From Escherichia coli (lineage in GTDB: Bacteria > Pseudomonadota > Gammaproteobacteria > Enterobacterales > Enterobacteriaceae): 64,000 nucleotides of DNA. Under the pieces are notes generated by a model. It was not told the origin of the DNA, did not search any database, and was given only the letters and a program-made list of their open reading frames with translations. Positions 8,585-17,234 of this stretch are shown here, in pieces. Position 1 is the first letter of the stretch, and every line of letters begins with the position of its first letter. The stretch is taken from NCBI RefSeq assembly GCF_003991155.1, contig NZ_CP031293.1; one strand, written 5' to 3'. Position numbers and translations under genes: made by a program.

Positions 8585-9580
8585 ATGAAAAAGAAAAGAC
8601 CCGTACTTCAGGATGTGGCTGACCGTGTAGGCGTGACCAAAATGACGGTCAGCCGTTTTTTACGCAACCCGGAGCAGGTTTCCGTCGCTCTACGCGGCAA
8701 GATTGCCGCCGCTCTTGATGAACTGGGTTATATTCCCAATCGCGCGCCCGATATCCTCTCTAACGCCACCAGCCGGGCGATTGGCGTCCTGTTACCTTCT
8801 CTCACCAACCAGGTTTTTGCGGAAGTATTACGCGGAATCGAAAGCGTCACCGACGCGCACGGTTATCAGACCATGCTGGCCCACTACGGTTATAAACCGG
8901 AAATGGAGCAAGAACGCCTCGAATCCATGCTCTCCTGGAATATCGACGGCCTGATCCTCACTGAACGTACGCACACGCCGCGCACCTTAAAGATGATTGA
9001 AGTGGCGGGGATTCCAGTGGTGGAACTGATGGACAGCAAGTCGCCATGCCTCGATATCGCCGTCGGTTTTGATAACTTTGAAGCGGCACGCCAGATGACC
9101 ACCGCCATTATTGCTCGCGGGCATCGTCACATTGCCTATCTCGGCGCACGCCTCGACGAACGTACTATCATCAAACAGAAGGGATACGAACAGGCGATGC
9201 TGGATGCAGGCCTGGTGCCGTATAGCGTGATGGTCGAGCAATCTTCTTCTTACTCTTCCGGTATTGAACTGATTCGCCAGGCGCGGCGGGAATATCCGCA
9301 GCTGGATGGCGTGTTCTGTACTAATGATGATCTGGCGGTCGGCGCGGCGTTTGAATGTCAGCGTCTGGGGTTAAAAGTTCCTGACGATATGGCGATTGCC
9401 GGTTTCCATGGTCATGACATTGGTCAGGTGATGGAACCACGGTTGGCGAGCGTACTGACGCCGCGTGAGCGGATGGGCAGTATTGGCGCTGAACGCCTGC
9501 TGGCGCGTATTCGTGGCGAATCTGTGACACCGAAAATGTTAGATTTAGGTTTCACCTTGTCACCGGGCGGATCTATTTAA
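8585..9580 (+). CDS. gntR: gluconate repressor GntR (LacI family)
   Basis: 331 aa; N-terminal helix-turn-helix (VLQDVADRVGVTKMTVSRFL) and a periplasmic-binding-protein-like effector domain. Confidence 0.95.
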   Translation: MKKKRPVLQDVADRVGVTKMTVSRFLRNPEQVSVALRGKIAAALDELGYIPNRAPDILSNATSRAIGVLLPSLTNQVFAEVLRGIESVTDAHGYQTMLAHYGYKPEMEQERLESMLSWNIDGLILTERTHTPRTLKMIEVAGIPVVELMDSKSPCLDIAVGFDNFEAARQMTTAIIARGHRHIAYLGARLDERTIIKQKGYEQAMLDAGLVPYSVMVEQSSSYSSGIELIRQARREYPQLDGVFCTNDDLAVGAAFECQRLGLKVPDDMAIAGFHGHDIGQVMEPRLASVLTPRERMGSIGAERLLARIRGESVTPKMLDLGFTLSPGGSI

Positions 9581-9660
9581 GCCCACAAATTTGAAGTAGC
9601 TCACACTTATACATTTAAGGCACGGATGGATATTGCTTCTGATATTGTCCGGCCGGACAA

Positions 9661-9688
9661 TGTTACCGATAACAGTTACCCGTAACAT
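9661..9688 (+). promoter_or_regulatory. tandem GntR operator half-sites in the gntKU promoter
   Basis: tgttaccgataaca followed by gttacccgtaacat, matching the palindromic GntR operator consensus (ATGTTACCCGTATCAT-like), immediately upstream of gntK. Confidence 0.7.
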
Positions 9689-9718
9689 TTTTAATTCTTG
9701 TATTGTGGGGGCACCACT

Positions 9719-10246
9719 TTGAGCACGACTAACCATGATCACCACATTTACGTCTTGATGGGCGTATCGGGCAGCGGCAAATCTGCGGTCGCCAGTGAAG
9801 TGGCGCATCAACTTCATGCCGCGTTTCTTGATGGCGATTTCCTCCATCCGCGCTGCAATATCGAAAAAATGGCGTCTGGCGAACCGCTGAATGACGACGA
9901 TCGCAAACCGTGGTTGCAGGCGCTGAACGACGCCGCGTTTGCTATGCAGCGCACTAATAAAGTGTCGCTGATTGTCTGTTCTGCACTGAAAAAACACTAT
10001 CGTGACCTGCTACGCGCGGGTAATCCGAATCTCTCTTTCATCTACCTGAAAGGCGATTTTGATGTGATTGAAAGCCGCCTGAAAGCGCGCAAAGGCCATT
10101 TCTTTAAAACCCAAATGTTGGTGACGCAGTTTGAAACGCTGCAGGAGCCGGGTGCGGACGAAACCGATGTACTGGTGGTAGATATCGATCAACCGCTGGA
10201 AGGTGTTGTGGCAAGCACCATTGAGGTTATTAAAAAAGGCAAATAA
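9719..10246 (+). CDS. gntK: thermoresistant gluconokinase GntK (TTG start)
   Basis: 175-aa product (STTNHDHHIYVLMGVSGSGKSAV...) with a P-loop; TTG at 9719 gives the known N-terminus. Confidence 0.9.
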   Translation: MSTTNHDHHIYVLMGVSGSGKSAVASEVAHQLHAAFLDGDFLHPRCNIEKMASGEPLNDDDRKPWLQALNDAAFAMQRTNKVSLIVCSALKKHYRDLLRAGNPNLSFIYLKGDFDVIESRLKARKGHFFKTQMLVTQFETLQEPGADETDVLVVDIDQPLEGVVASTIEVIKKGK

Positions 10247-10249
10247 GTA

Positions 10250-11590
10250 GTGACTACATTAACGCTTGTTTTAACAGCAGTAGGGTCTGTTTTACTGCTG
10301 CTGTTTTTAGTCATGAAGGCGCGTATGCACGCTTTCCTGGCTTTGATGGTGGTGTCCATGGGGGCTGGCCTTTTTTCCGGTATGCCGCTCGATAAAATCG
10401 CAGCGACGATGGAAAAAGGGATGGGAGGCACCCTCGGCTTTCTGGCGGTGGTTGTCGCCCTGGGAGCCATGTTTGGCAAGATCTTACATGAAACCGGCGC
10501 AGTCGATCAGATTGCCGTCAAAATGCTCAAATCCTTCGGTCACAGCCGCGCGCATTATGCCATCGGCCTTGCGGGGCTGGTCTGTGCGCTACCGCTGTTC
10601 TTTGAAGTGGCGATTGTTCTGCTGATTAGCGTTGCTTTCTCAATGGCGCGCCACACCGGTACGAACCTGGTGAAGCTGGTAATCCCATTATTCGCAGGCG
10701 TGGCGGCCGCGGCTGCGTTCCTGGTGCCTGGACCAGCGCCAATGCTGCTGGCATCGCAGATGAACGCCGACTTTGGCTGGATGATCCTGATTGGCCTGTG
10801 TGCGGCAATTCCGGGAATGATTATTGCCGGGCCGCTGTGGGGTAATTTCATCAGCCGCTACGTGGAGCTGCATATTCCTGACGACATCAGCGAACCACAT
10901 CTCGGTGAAGGCAAAATGCCGTCCTTCGGATTCAGCCTGTCGCTGATCCTGTTGCCACTGGTGCTGGTGGGGCTGAAAACCATTGCCGCGCGTTTTGTGC
11001 CAGAAGGCTCTACCGCTTACGAATGGTTCGAGTTTATCGGCCATCCGTTTACCGCGATTCTGGTTGCTTGTCTGGTAGCAATTTATGGCCTGGCAATGCG
11101 TCAGGGTATGCCAAAAGACAAAGTGATGGAGATTTGTGGTCACGCGCTGCAACCGGCGGGGATCATTCTGCTGGTGATTGGTGCAGGCGGCGTGTTCAAA
11201 CAGGTGCTGGTTGACTCTGGTGTCGGTCCGGCACTGGGCGAAGCGTTAACCGGCATGGGCCTGCCGATTGCCATCACCTGCTTCGTGCTGGCAGCTGCAG
11301 TGCGCATCATTCAGGGTTCTGCCACTGTTGCCTGTTTAACGGCGGTGGGACTGGTAATGCCGGTCATTGAACAACTGAACTACTCCGGTGCGCAAATGGC
11401 GGCGCTGTCGATTTGTATCGCCGGTGGTTCGATTGTTGTCAGCCACGTTAACGACGCGGGTTTCTGGTTGTTCGGTAAATTTACCGGCGCGACCGAAGCC
11501 GAAACGCTTAAAACCTGGACCATGATGGAAACCATCCTCGGCACTGTTGGTGCCATCGTTGGGATGATTGCGTTCCAGCTGTTGAGTTAA
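10250..11590 (+). CDS. gntU: low-affinity gluconate:H+ symporter GntU (GTG start)
   Basis: 446-aa polytopic membrane protein of the GntP family; paralogous to gntT in this window. Confidence 0.9.
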   Translation: MTTLTLVLTAVGSVLLLLFLVMKARMHAFLALMVVSMGAGLFSGMPLDKIAATMEKGMGGTLGFLAVVVALGAMFGKILHETGAVDQIAVKMLKSFGHSRAHYAIGLAGLVCALPLFFEVAIVLLISVAFSMARHTGTNLVKLVIPLFAGVAAAAAFLVPGPAPMLLASQMNADFGWMILIGLCAAIPGMIIAGPLWGNFISRYVELHIPDDISEPHLGEGKMPSFGFSLSLILLPLVLVGLKTIAARFVPEGSTAYEWFEFIGHPFTAILVACLVAIYGLAMRQGMPKDKVMEICGHALQPAGIILLVIGAGGVFKQVLVDSGVGPALGEALTGMGLPIAITCFVLAAAVRIIQGSATVACLTAVGLVMPVIEQLNYSGAQMAALSICIAGGSIVVSHVNDAGFWLFGKFTGATEAETLKTWTMMETILGTVGAIVGMIAFQLLS

Positions 11591-11602
11591 TTACTGCGAC
11601 AA

Positions 11603-11628
11603 ATTACTGCGAGCTTGCTCGCAGTAAT
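11603..11628 (+). terminator. gntU terminator hairpin
   Basis: Perfect inverted repeat attactgcgagc / gctcgcagtaat followed by a T-rich tract. Confidence 0.7.
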
Positions 11629-11729
11629 TCATTTCTCTTATCTCCTCTCTTCATCTTTTTGATCTCTCTCGCAAATTTACCTGCTAATAATCCGTTCTAA
11701 TCACTGCCTAAAGATCGCAGGAGATAAAG

Positions 11730-13826
11730 ATGGAAAAGCACGGAGCTGAATTGCTTTTACAGCGGATGTTAGGAAATACCACCGCTACTTTCAGGGAAGG
11801 GCAATGGGAAGCCATAGATGCAGTGGTTAATCAGCGGCGAAAACTGCTGGTTGTACAGCGCACCGGCTGGGGGAAAAGTGCCGTGTACTTCATCGCCAGT
11901 AAAATCTTCCGCGATCGCGGCGCTGGCCCGACAATTATCATCTCTCCTTTGCTTGCCCTGATGCGTAACCAGGTTGCCGCCGCTGAACGGTTAGGTATTA
12001 CGGCTGAAACGTTGAATTCTACAAACAGGGAAGAATGGCAGCGCATTAGCGATAAGTTGCTGCAAGGTGAGGTCGATTGCTTGCTGGTTTCCCCGGAACG
12101 TTTGGCAAACCAGGACTTTATCGAAACGGTTTTATATCCTATAGCCGATCGTATTGGCTTGCTTGTGGTCGACGAGGCGCACTGCATCTCTGATTGGGGC
12201 CACGATTTTCGCCCGGATTACCGACGTATATTAGATATTTTGCGCCAACTGCCTGCGAATACCCCTGTTCTGGGTACAACCGCGACAGCGAATAACCGTG
12301 TTGTTGAGGATATCCGTCAGCAATTGGGTGACATTGTGATTCAGCGTGGAACGCTGGCTCGCGAAAGTTTGGCGCTTGATGCCTTAGTCTTAGGAGAACA
12401 GTCATCCCGTCTGGCATGGTTAGCAACGGTTATCCCTCAGTTTTCCAAATCGGGAATTGTTTATACCCTGACGACTCGCGATGCTGAACTTGTCGCCGAG
12501 TGGTTAAGGAAAAATGGTATCAGTGCATTTGCTTACTACAGCGGCGTGACTTGTGAAGGCGCGGAAGATTCTAATACTGCCAGGGAATATCTGGAGCAGG
12601 CACTGCTGGCAAATAAAATCAAAGTGCTGGTCGCGACGACGGCATTAGGTATGGGGTTTGATAAACCTGATTTAGGTTTCGTCATTCATTATCAGATGCC
12701 GGGGTCTATTGTCGGTTACTACCAACAGGTGGGGCGTGCCGGGCGTGCTATAGATTCCGCAGTTGGCATATTGCTTTGTGGTGGTGAAGACCGCGCTATT
12801 CATCAATTCTTCCGTGAAAGCGCCTTTCCTGCGGAGGCGCAAATTCATGAAATACTCAACGTACTTAGCGAGAATGACGGTCTTACCCTACGAGGCATTG
12901 AACAACGGACGAATCTTCGTTATGGGCAAATAGAAAAAGCACTGAAATTATTGGTAGCGGAAAATCCATCGCCTGTGGTGTATACCGAGAAATTATGGCG
13001 CAGAACTATCGTCAGTTTTTCTCCTGATCATGAACGAATTAACCATTTGATGAATCAGAGAAAAAGTGAGCTGGCAGACGTTGAAAGCTATATCACGACC
13101 AAGGAGTGCAAAATGCAATTTCTGCGCCGTGCACTCGATGAGCCAAGTGCCGAACGTTGTGGTAAATGTAGCAGTTGTCTTCAACATCCGTTATTGTCGC
13201 CCGACATTGATAGCGGCTTACTCCATGCGGCAAATTTATTTATTAAACACGCTGACCTGCCGTTAAATCTCAATAAACAGGTGGCAGCTGGGGCTTTTAC
13301 GCAATACGGATTTAAAGGGAACTTGCCTGCGGGTTTACAAGGATCTACGGGGCGAATCCTTTCTCGTTGGGGAGATTCCGGGTGGGGAAAGCAGGTAGCA
13401 CAGGAGAAAAAAACGGGGCGCTTAAGTGATGAGCTGGTAGAAGCATGTGCGGAAATGGTTTGCCAACGCTGGAATCCGCATCCTGAACCAACCTGGGTAT
13501 GCTGCGTTCCTTCATTAAGGCACCTCGACCTGGTTCCTGATTTTGCCCGGCGACTGGCGGCGAAACTTGGCTTACCTTTTATTGATGCCATTGAAAAAGT
13601 CGTGGACAATCCACCGCAGAAAATGCAGCAAAACCGTTTTCACCAGTGTCAAAATCTCGACGGGGCGTTTGTGATTACCCCTCCTTTGATGCCAGGTCCG
13701 GCGTTGCTGGTTGACGATATCGTGGATTCTGCATGGACGCTGACAGTTCTGACAGCACTGTTACGCAAGGCAGGTTGCCCGACGGTTTATCCTCTTGCCC
13801 TTGCTTCTACCTCGGTAAAAAATTGA
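11730..13826 (+). CDS. RecQ-like superfamily-2 DNA helicase fused to a C-terminal ComF-type phosphoribosyltransferase-like domain (PsyrT/ShosT-like candidate toxin or defence effector)
   Basis: 698 aa; helicase motifs Walker A (RTGWGKSAVY), DEAH in the RecQ-style context VVDEAHCISDWGHDFRPDY, TATA and QQVGRAGR; a Zn-binding Cys cluster (ERCGKCSSC); the last ~150 aa carry a PRPP-binding-like motif ALLVDDIVDSAWTLTVL resembling gntX/ComF MVIVDDVVTTGST. AGGAGA ribosome-binding site before the ATG. Not part of the K-12 gntU-yhgN junction as I recall it. Confidence 0.8.
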   Translation: MEKHGAELLLQRMLGNTTATFREGQWEAIDAVVNQRRKLLVVQRTGWGKSAVYFIASKIFRDRGAGPTIIISPLLALMRNQVAAAERLGITAETLNSTNREEWQRISDKLLQGEVDCLLVSPERLANQDFIETVLYPIADRIGLLVVDEAHCISDWGHDFRPDYRRILDILRQLPANTPVLGTTATANNRVVEDIRQQLGDIVIQRGTLARESLALDALVLGEQSSRLAWLATVIPQFSKSGIVYTLTTRDAELVAEWLRKNGISAFAYYSGVTCEGAEDSNTAREYLEQALLANKIKVLVATTALGMGFDKPDLGFVIHYQMPGSIVGYYQQVGRAGRAIDSAVGILLCGGEDRAIHQFFRESAFPAEAQIHEILNVLSENDGLTLRGIEQRTNLRYGQIEKALKLLVAENPSPVVYTEKLWRRTIVSFSPDHERINHLMNQRKSELADVESYITTKECKMQFLRRALDEPSAERCGKCSSCLQHPLLSPDIDSGLLHAANLFIKHADLPLNLNKQVAAGAFTQYGFKGNLPAGLQGSTGRILSRWGDSGWGKQVAQEKKTGRLSDELVEACAEMVCQRWNPHPEPTWVCCVPSLRHLDLVPDFARRLAAKLGLPFIDAIEKVVDNPPQKMQQNRFHQCQNLDGAFVITPPLMPGPALLVDDIVDSAWTLTVLTALLRKAGCPTVYPLALASTSVKN

Positions 13827-15028
13827 TGAATCTTTCAGCCAATGCACAAGCGACCCTCCTGCTAACCAGCGATTTTTCTCGCGCGGCGGCGAGTGAGTAT
13901 AAACCTCTTAGTAATAGTGAATGGGGGAAGTTTGCATTATGGCTGAAGCACCAACGTATCAGTCCCGCCGATCTTCTGGTGCCGCAACCGCAAGAGAAAC
14001 TTACAGGCTGGAGCGATCCGCGTATTTCTCAGGAGCGTATTCTTGGCTTGCTGGCGCGTGGCCATAGTCTGGCGTTGGCGGTAGATAAGTGGCAACGCGC
14101 CGGTTTATGGATCTTAACCCGCGGAGATGCCGATTATCCCGTTCGCTTGAAAAACCGATTGCGAACGGATGCACCTCCCGTTTTATTTGGCTGCGGGAAT
14201 AAAGCATTACTGCAAGCGGAAGGTATGGCGATTGTTGGCTCGCGAGATGCTCCGACTGCCGATTTGCGCTATACCCAACAACTGGCAGCGAAACTGGCCC
14301 AACAGGGGATTTGCGTTATCTCTGGTGGTGCGCGAGGTATTGATGAATGTGCAATGGCGTCGGCACTGGAGGCCGGGGGAACTGCCGTTGGCGTATTAGC
14401 TGATAGCTTGTTAAAAACGAGTACGTTAGTGAAATGGCGTGAAGGGCTTATAGCAGGCAACCTGGTGTTGATTTCGCCGTTTTACCCAGAGGTACGTTTC
14501 ACCGTCGGCAATGCGATGGCGCGAAATAAATATATTTATTGCCTTGCTGAAAGCGCAATGGTTGTACGTGCGGGAATGACCGGTGGAACGATAACCGGAG
14601 CGATGGAGGCGTTAAAACATCAGTGGCTGCCTGTGCAGGTTAAACCAAATCAGGATGTGCAATCAGCCAATTCACGATTAGTAGAAAATGGGGCGTCATG
14701 GAGTGCTGAACAGGCTGAGAATGTGACGATCAGACTGCCAGACGTTCCTGGGCTGATGTATGACAGAGCACTCCGTAACGCTCAACCAGAATTGTTTTCG
14801 CTGCACGAAGATGACGCAAATTACGCAGTGATGCCCTCGCATACCCCTGTCGATTTTTATCAACTTTTTGTGGCGGAACTGGCGATCCTTGCAAAGGAAT
14901 CGATAAGTATTGAAAGGCTGGCGTCTTGTACTGGTTTAACCATCGAACAAATTAGTGTGTGGCTGAACCGCGCAGAAGAAGAGGGAAGGGTTATCCGATT
15001 GGGCGAAGGTCATTATCAGTTCAGGTAA
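13826..15028 (+). CDS. DprA/Smf-like Rossmann-fold DNA-processing protein (PsyrA/ShosA-like candidate antitoxin or partner)
   Basis: 400 aa from the ATG at 13826, which overlaps the upstream TGA (TGATG, translational coupling); DprA signature (MAIVGSRDAPTADLRY ... VISGGARGIDECAMASALEAGG) and a C-terminal winged-helix-like tail; the track's longer ORF from 13733 is an in-frame extension into the upstream gene. Confidence 0.8.
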   Translation: MNLSANAQATLLLTSDFSRAAASEYKPLSNSEWGKFALWLKHQRISPADLLVPQPQEKLTGWSDPRISQERILGLLARGHSLALAVDKWQRAGLWILTRGDADYPVRLKNRLRTDAPPVLFGCGNKALLQAEGMAIVGSRDAPTADLRYTQQLAAKLAQQGICVISGGARGIDECAMASALEAGGTAVGVLADSLLKTSTLVKWREGLIAGNLVLISPFYPEVRFTVGNAMARNKYIYCLAESAMVVRAGMTGGTITGAMEALKHQWLPVQVKPNQDVQSANSRLVENGASWSAEQAENVTIRLPDVPGLMYDRALRNAQPELFSLHEDDANYAVMPSHTPVDFYQLFVAELAILAKESISIERLASCTGLTIEQISVWLNRAEEEGRVIRLGEGHYQFR

Positions 15029-15030
15029 TA

Positions 15031-15068
15031 AAACAGGTGCCGCCTCTGGTTGTGTGCAGCACCTGTTT
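15031..15068. terminator. hairpin between the island and the yhgN 3' end
   Basis: Inverted repeat aaacaggtgc ... gcacctgttt with an 18-nt loop, between the DprA-like stop and the yhgN stop. Confidence 0.45.
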
Positions 15069-15073
15069 GAACC

Positions 15074-15667
15074 TTACCCTTTCATCCACATTCGAATGCC
15101 GTCGAGGAACATCTGGGTTGCCATCATCACCAGAATCAATCCCATCAGGCGTTCAAGTGCATTCACCCCTTTCTCGCCCAGCAGACGTAAAAATAGCGAA
15201 GACTGTAGCAGGATAACAAAGGTGCCACCCCAGGCCAGCAGCAGAGCAATTACCAGATGTCCCATCTGATTCGGGTACTGATGAGACAACAACATCAGCG
15301 TGGCGAGAATAGTCGGCCCGGCGACTAACGGAATTGCCAACGGCACGATAAACGGCTCTTCACCTGCCGGAAGCCCGCTGCTATTTCCTGAAGCGCTGGG
15401 GAAAATCATCTTAATGGCGATCAGAAACAGAATGATGCCGCCAGAAATGGAGACGGTTTCTGCTCGCAGGCTGAGAAATGCCAGAATTTTCTCACCCGCA
15501 AACAGGAACACCAGCATCACCAGGAGAGCAATAAGCAACTCCCGCACCATGATTGCCCGCCGTCTTTTCGGTTCAGTATGTTTCAGTACGGACATGAAAA
15601 TAGGTAGGTTTCCGAGCGGATCCATAATCAGGATCAATAAAACTGCTGCAGAAATGATTTCATTCAT
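15074..15667 (-). CDS. yhgN: MarC-family inner-membrane protein YhgN
   Basis: 197-aa hydrophobic protein (MNEIISAAVLLILIMDPLGNLPIF...), typical of the UPF0056/MarC family. Confidence 0.9.
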   Translation of the reverse strand: MNEIISAAVLLILIMDPLGNLPIFMSVLKHTEPKRRRAIMVRELLIALLVMLVFLFAGEKILAFLSLRAETVSISGGIILFLIAIKMIFPSASGNSSGLPAGEEPFIVPLAIPLVAGPTILATLMLLSHQYPNQMGHLVIALLLAWGGTFVILLQSSLFLRLLGEKGVNALERLMGLILVMMATQMFLDGIRMWMKG

Positions 15668-15858
15668 AACTCAAATTCCCTGATAATTGCCGCGGACTTT
15701 CTGCGTGCTAACAAAGCAGGATAAGTCGCATTACTGATGGCTTCGCTATCATTGATTAATTTCACTTGCGACTTTGGCTGCTTTTTGTATGGTGAAAGAT
15801 GTGCCAGGAGGAGACCGGCACATTTATACAGCACACATCTTTGCAGGAAAAAACGCTT

Positions 15859-16962
15859 ATGAAAAATGTTGGTTTTATCGGCTGGCGCGGTATGGTCGGC
15901 TCCGTTCTCATGCAACGCATGGTTGAAGAGCGCGACTTCGACGCCATTCGCCCTGTCTTCTTTTCTACTTCTCAGCTTGGTCAGGCTGCGCCGTCTTTTG
16001 GCGGAACCACTGACACACTTCAGGATGCCTTTGATCTGGAGGCGCTAAAGGCCCTCGATATCATTGTGACCTGTCAGGGCGGCGATTATACCAACGAAAT
16101 CTATCCAAAGCTTCGTGAAAGCGGATGGCAAGGTTACTGGATTGACGCAGCATCATCTCTGCGCATGAAAGATGACGCCATCATCATTCTTGACCCCGTC
16201 AATCAGGACGTCATTACCGACGGATTAAATAATGGCATCAGGACTTTTGTTGGCGGTAACTGTACCGTAAGCCTGATGTTGATGTCGTTGGGTGGTTTAT
16301 TCGCCAATGATCTTGTTGATTGGGTGTCCGTTGCAACCTACCAGGCCGCTTCCGGCGGTGGTGCGCGACATATGCGTGAGTTATTAACCCAGATGGGCCA
16401 TCTGTATGGCCATGTGGCAGATGAACTCGCGACCCCGTCCTCTGCTATTCTCGATATCGAACGCAAAGTCACAACCTTAACCCGTAGCGGTGAGCTGCCG
16501 GTAGATAACTTTGGCGTGCCGCTGGCGGGTAGCCTGATTCCGTGGATCGACAAACAGCTTGATAACGGTCAGAGCCGCGAAGAGTGGAAAGGGCAGGCGG
16601 AAACCAACAAGATCCTCAACACATCTTCCGTAATTCCGGTAGATGGTTTATGTGTGCGTGTCGGGGCATTGCGCTGCCACAGCCAGGCATTCACTATTAA
16701 ATTGAAAAAAGATGTGTCTATTCCGACCGTGGAAGAACTGCTGGCTGCGCACAATCCGTGGGCGAAAGTTGTTCCAAACGATCGGGAAATCACTATGCGT
16801 GAGCTAACCCCAGCTGCCGTTACCGGCACGCTGACCACGCCGGTAGGCCGTCTGCGTAAGCTGAATATGGGACCGGAGTTCCTGTCAGCCTTTACCGTAG
16901 GCGACCAGCTGCTGTGGGGGGCCGCGGAGCCGCTGCGTCGGATGCTTCGTCAACTGGCGTAA
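15859..16962 (+). CDS. asd: aspartate-semialdehyde dehydrogenase
   Basis: 367-aa product starting [16 protein letters not shown] with the active-site region around Cys ([11 protein letters not shown]); the track's ORF from 15799 is an upstream extension. Confidence 0.95.
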
Positions 16963-17234
16963 TCTTTATTCATTAAATCTGGGGCGCGATGCCGCCCCTG
17001 CTAGTGCGTAATACAGGAGTAAGCGCAGATGTTTCATGATTTACCGGGAGTTAAATAGAGCATTGGCTATTCTTTAAGGGTGGCGGAATACACGAGTATT
17101 CACAGCCTTACCTGAAGTGAGGACGACGCAGAGAGGATGCACAGAGTGCTGCGCCGTTCAGGTCAAAAAAATGTCACAACCAGAAGTCAAAAATTCAGTT
17201 GGATGGGGTGACACAATAAAACAGGAAGACAAGC

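Noticed and set aside
13733-13825. Longer start for the DprA-like gene at 13733, overlapping the helicase gene by 94 nt
   Set aside because: The ATG at 13826 overlapping the helicase stop (TGATG) is the classic coupled arrangement; the upstream extension (MDADSSDSTV...) runs inside the helicase coding region in another frame.
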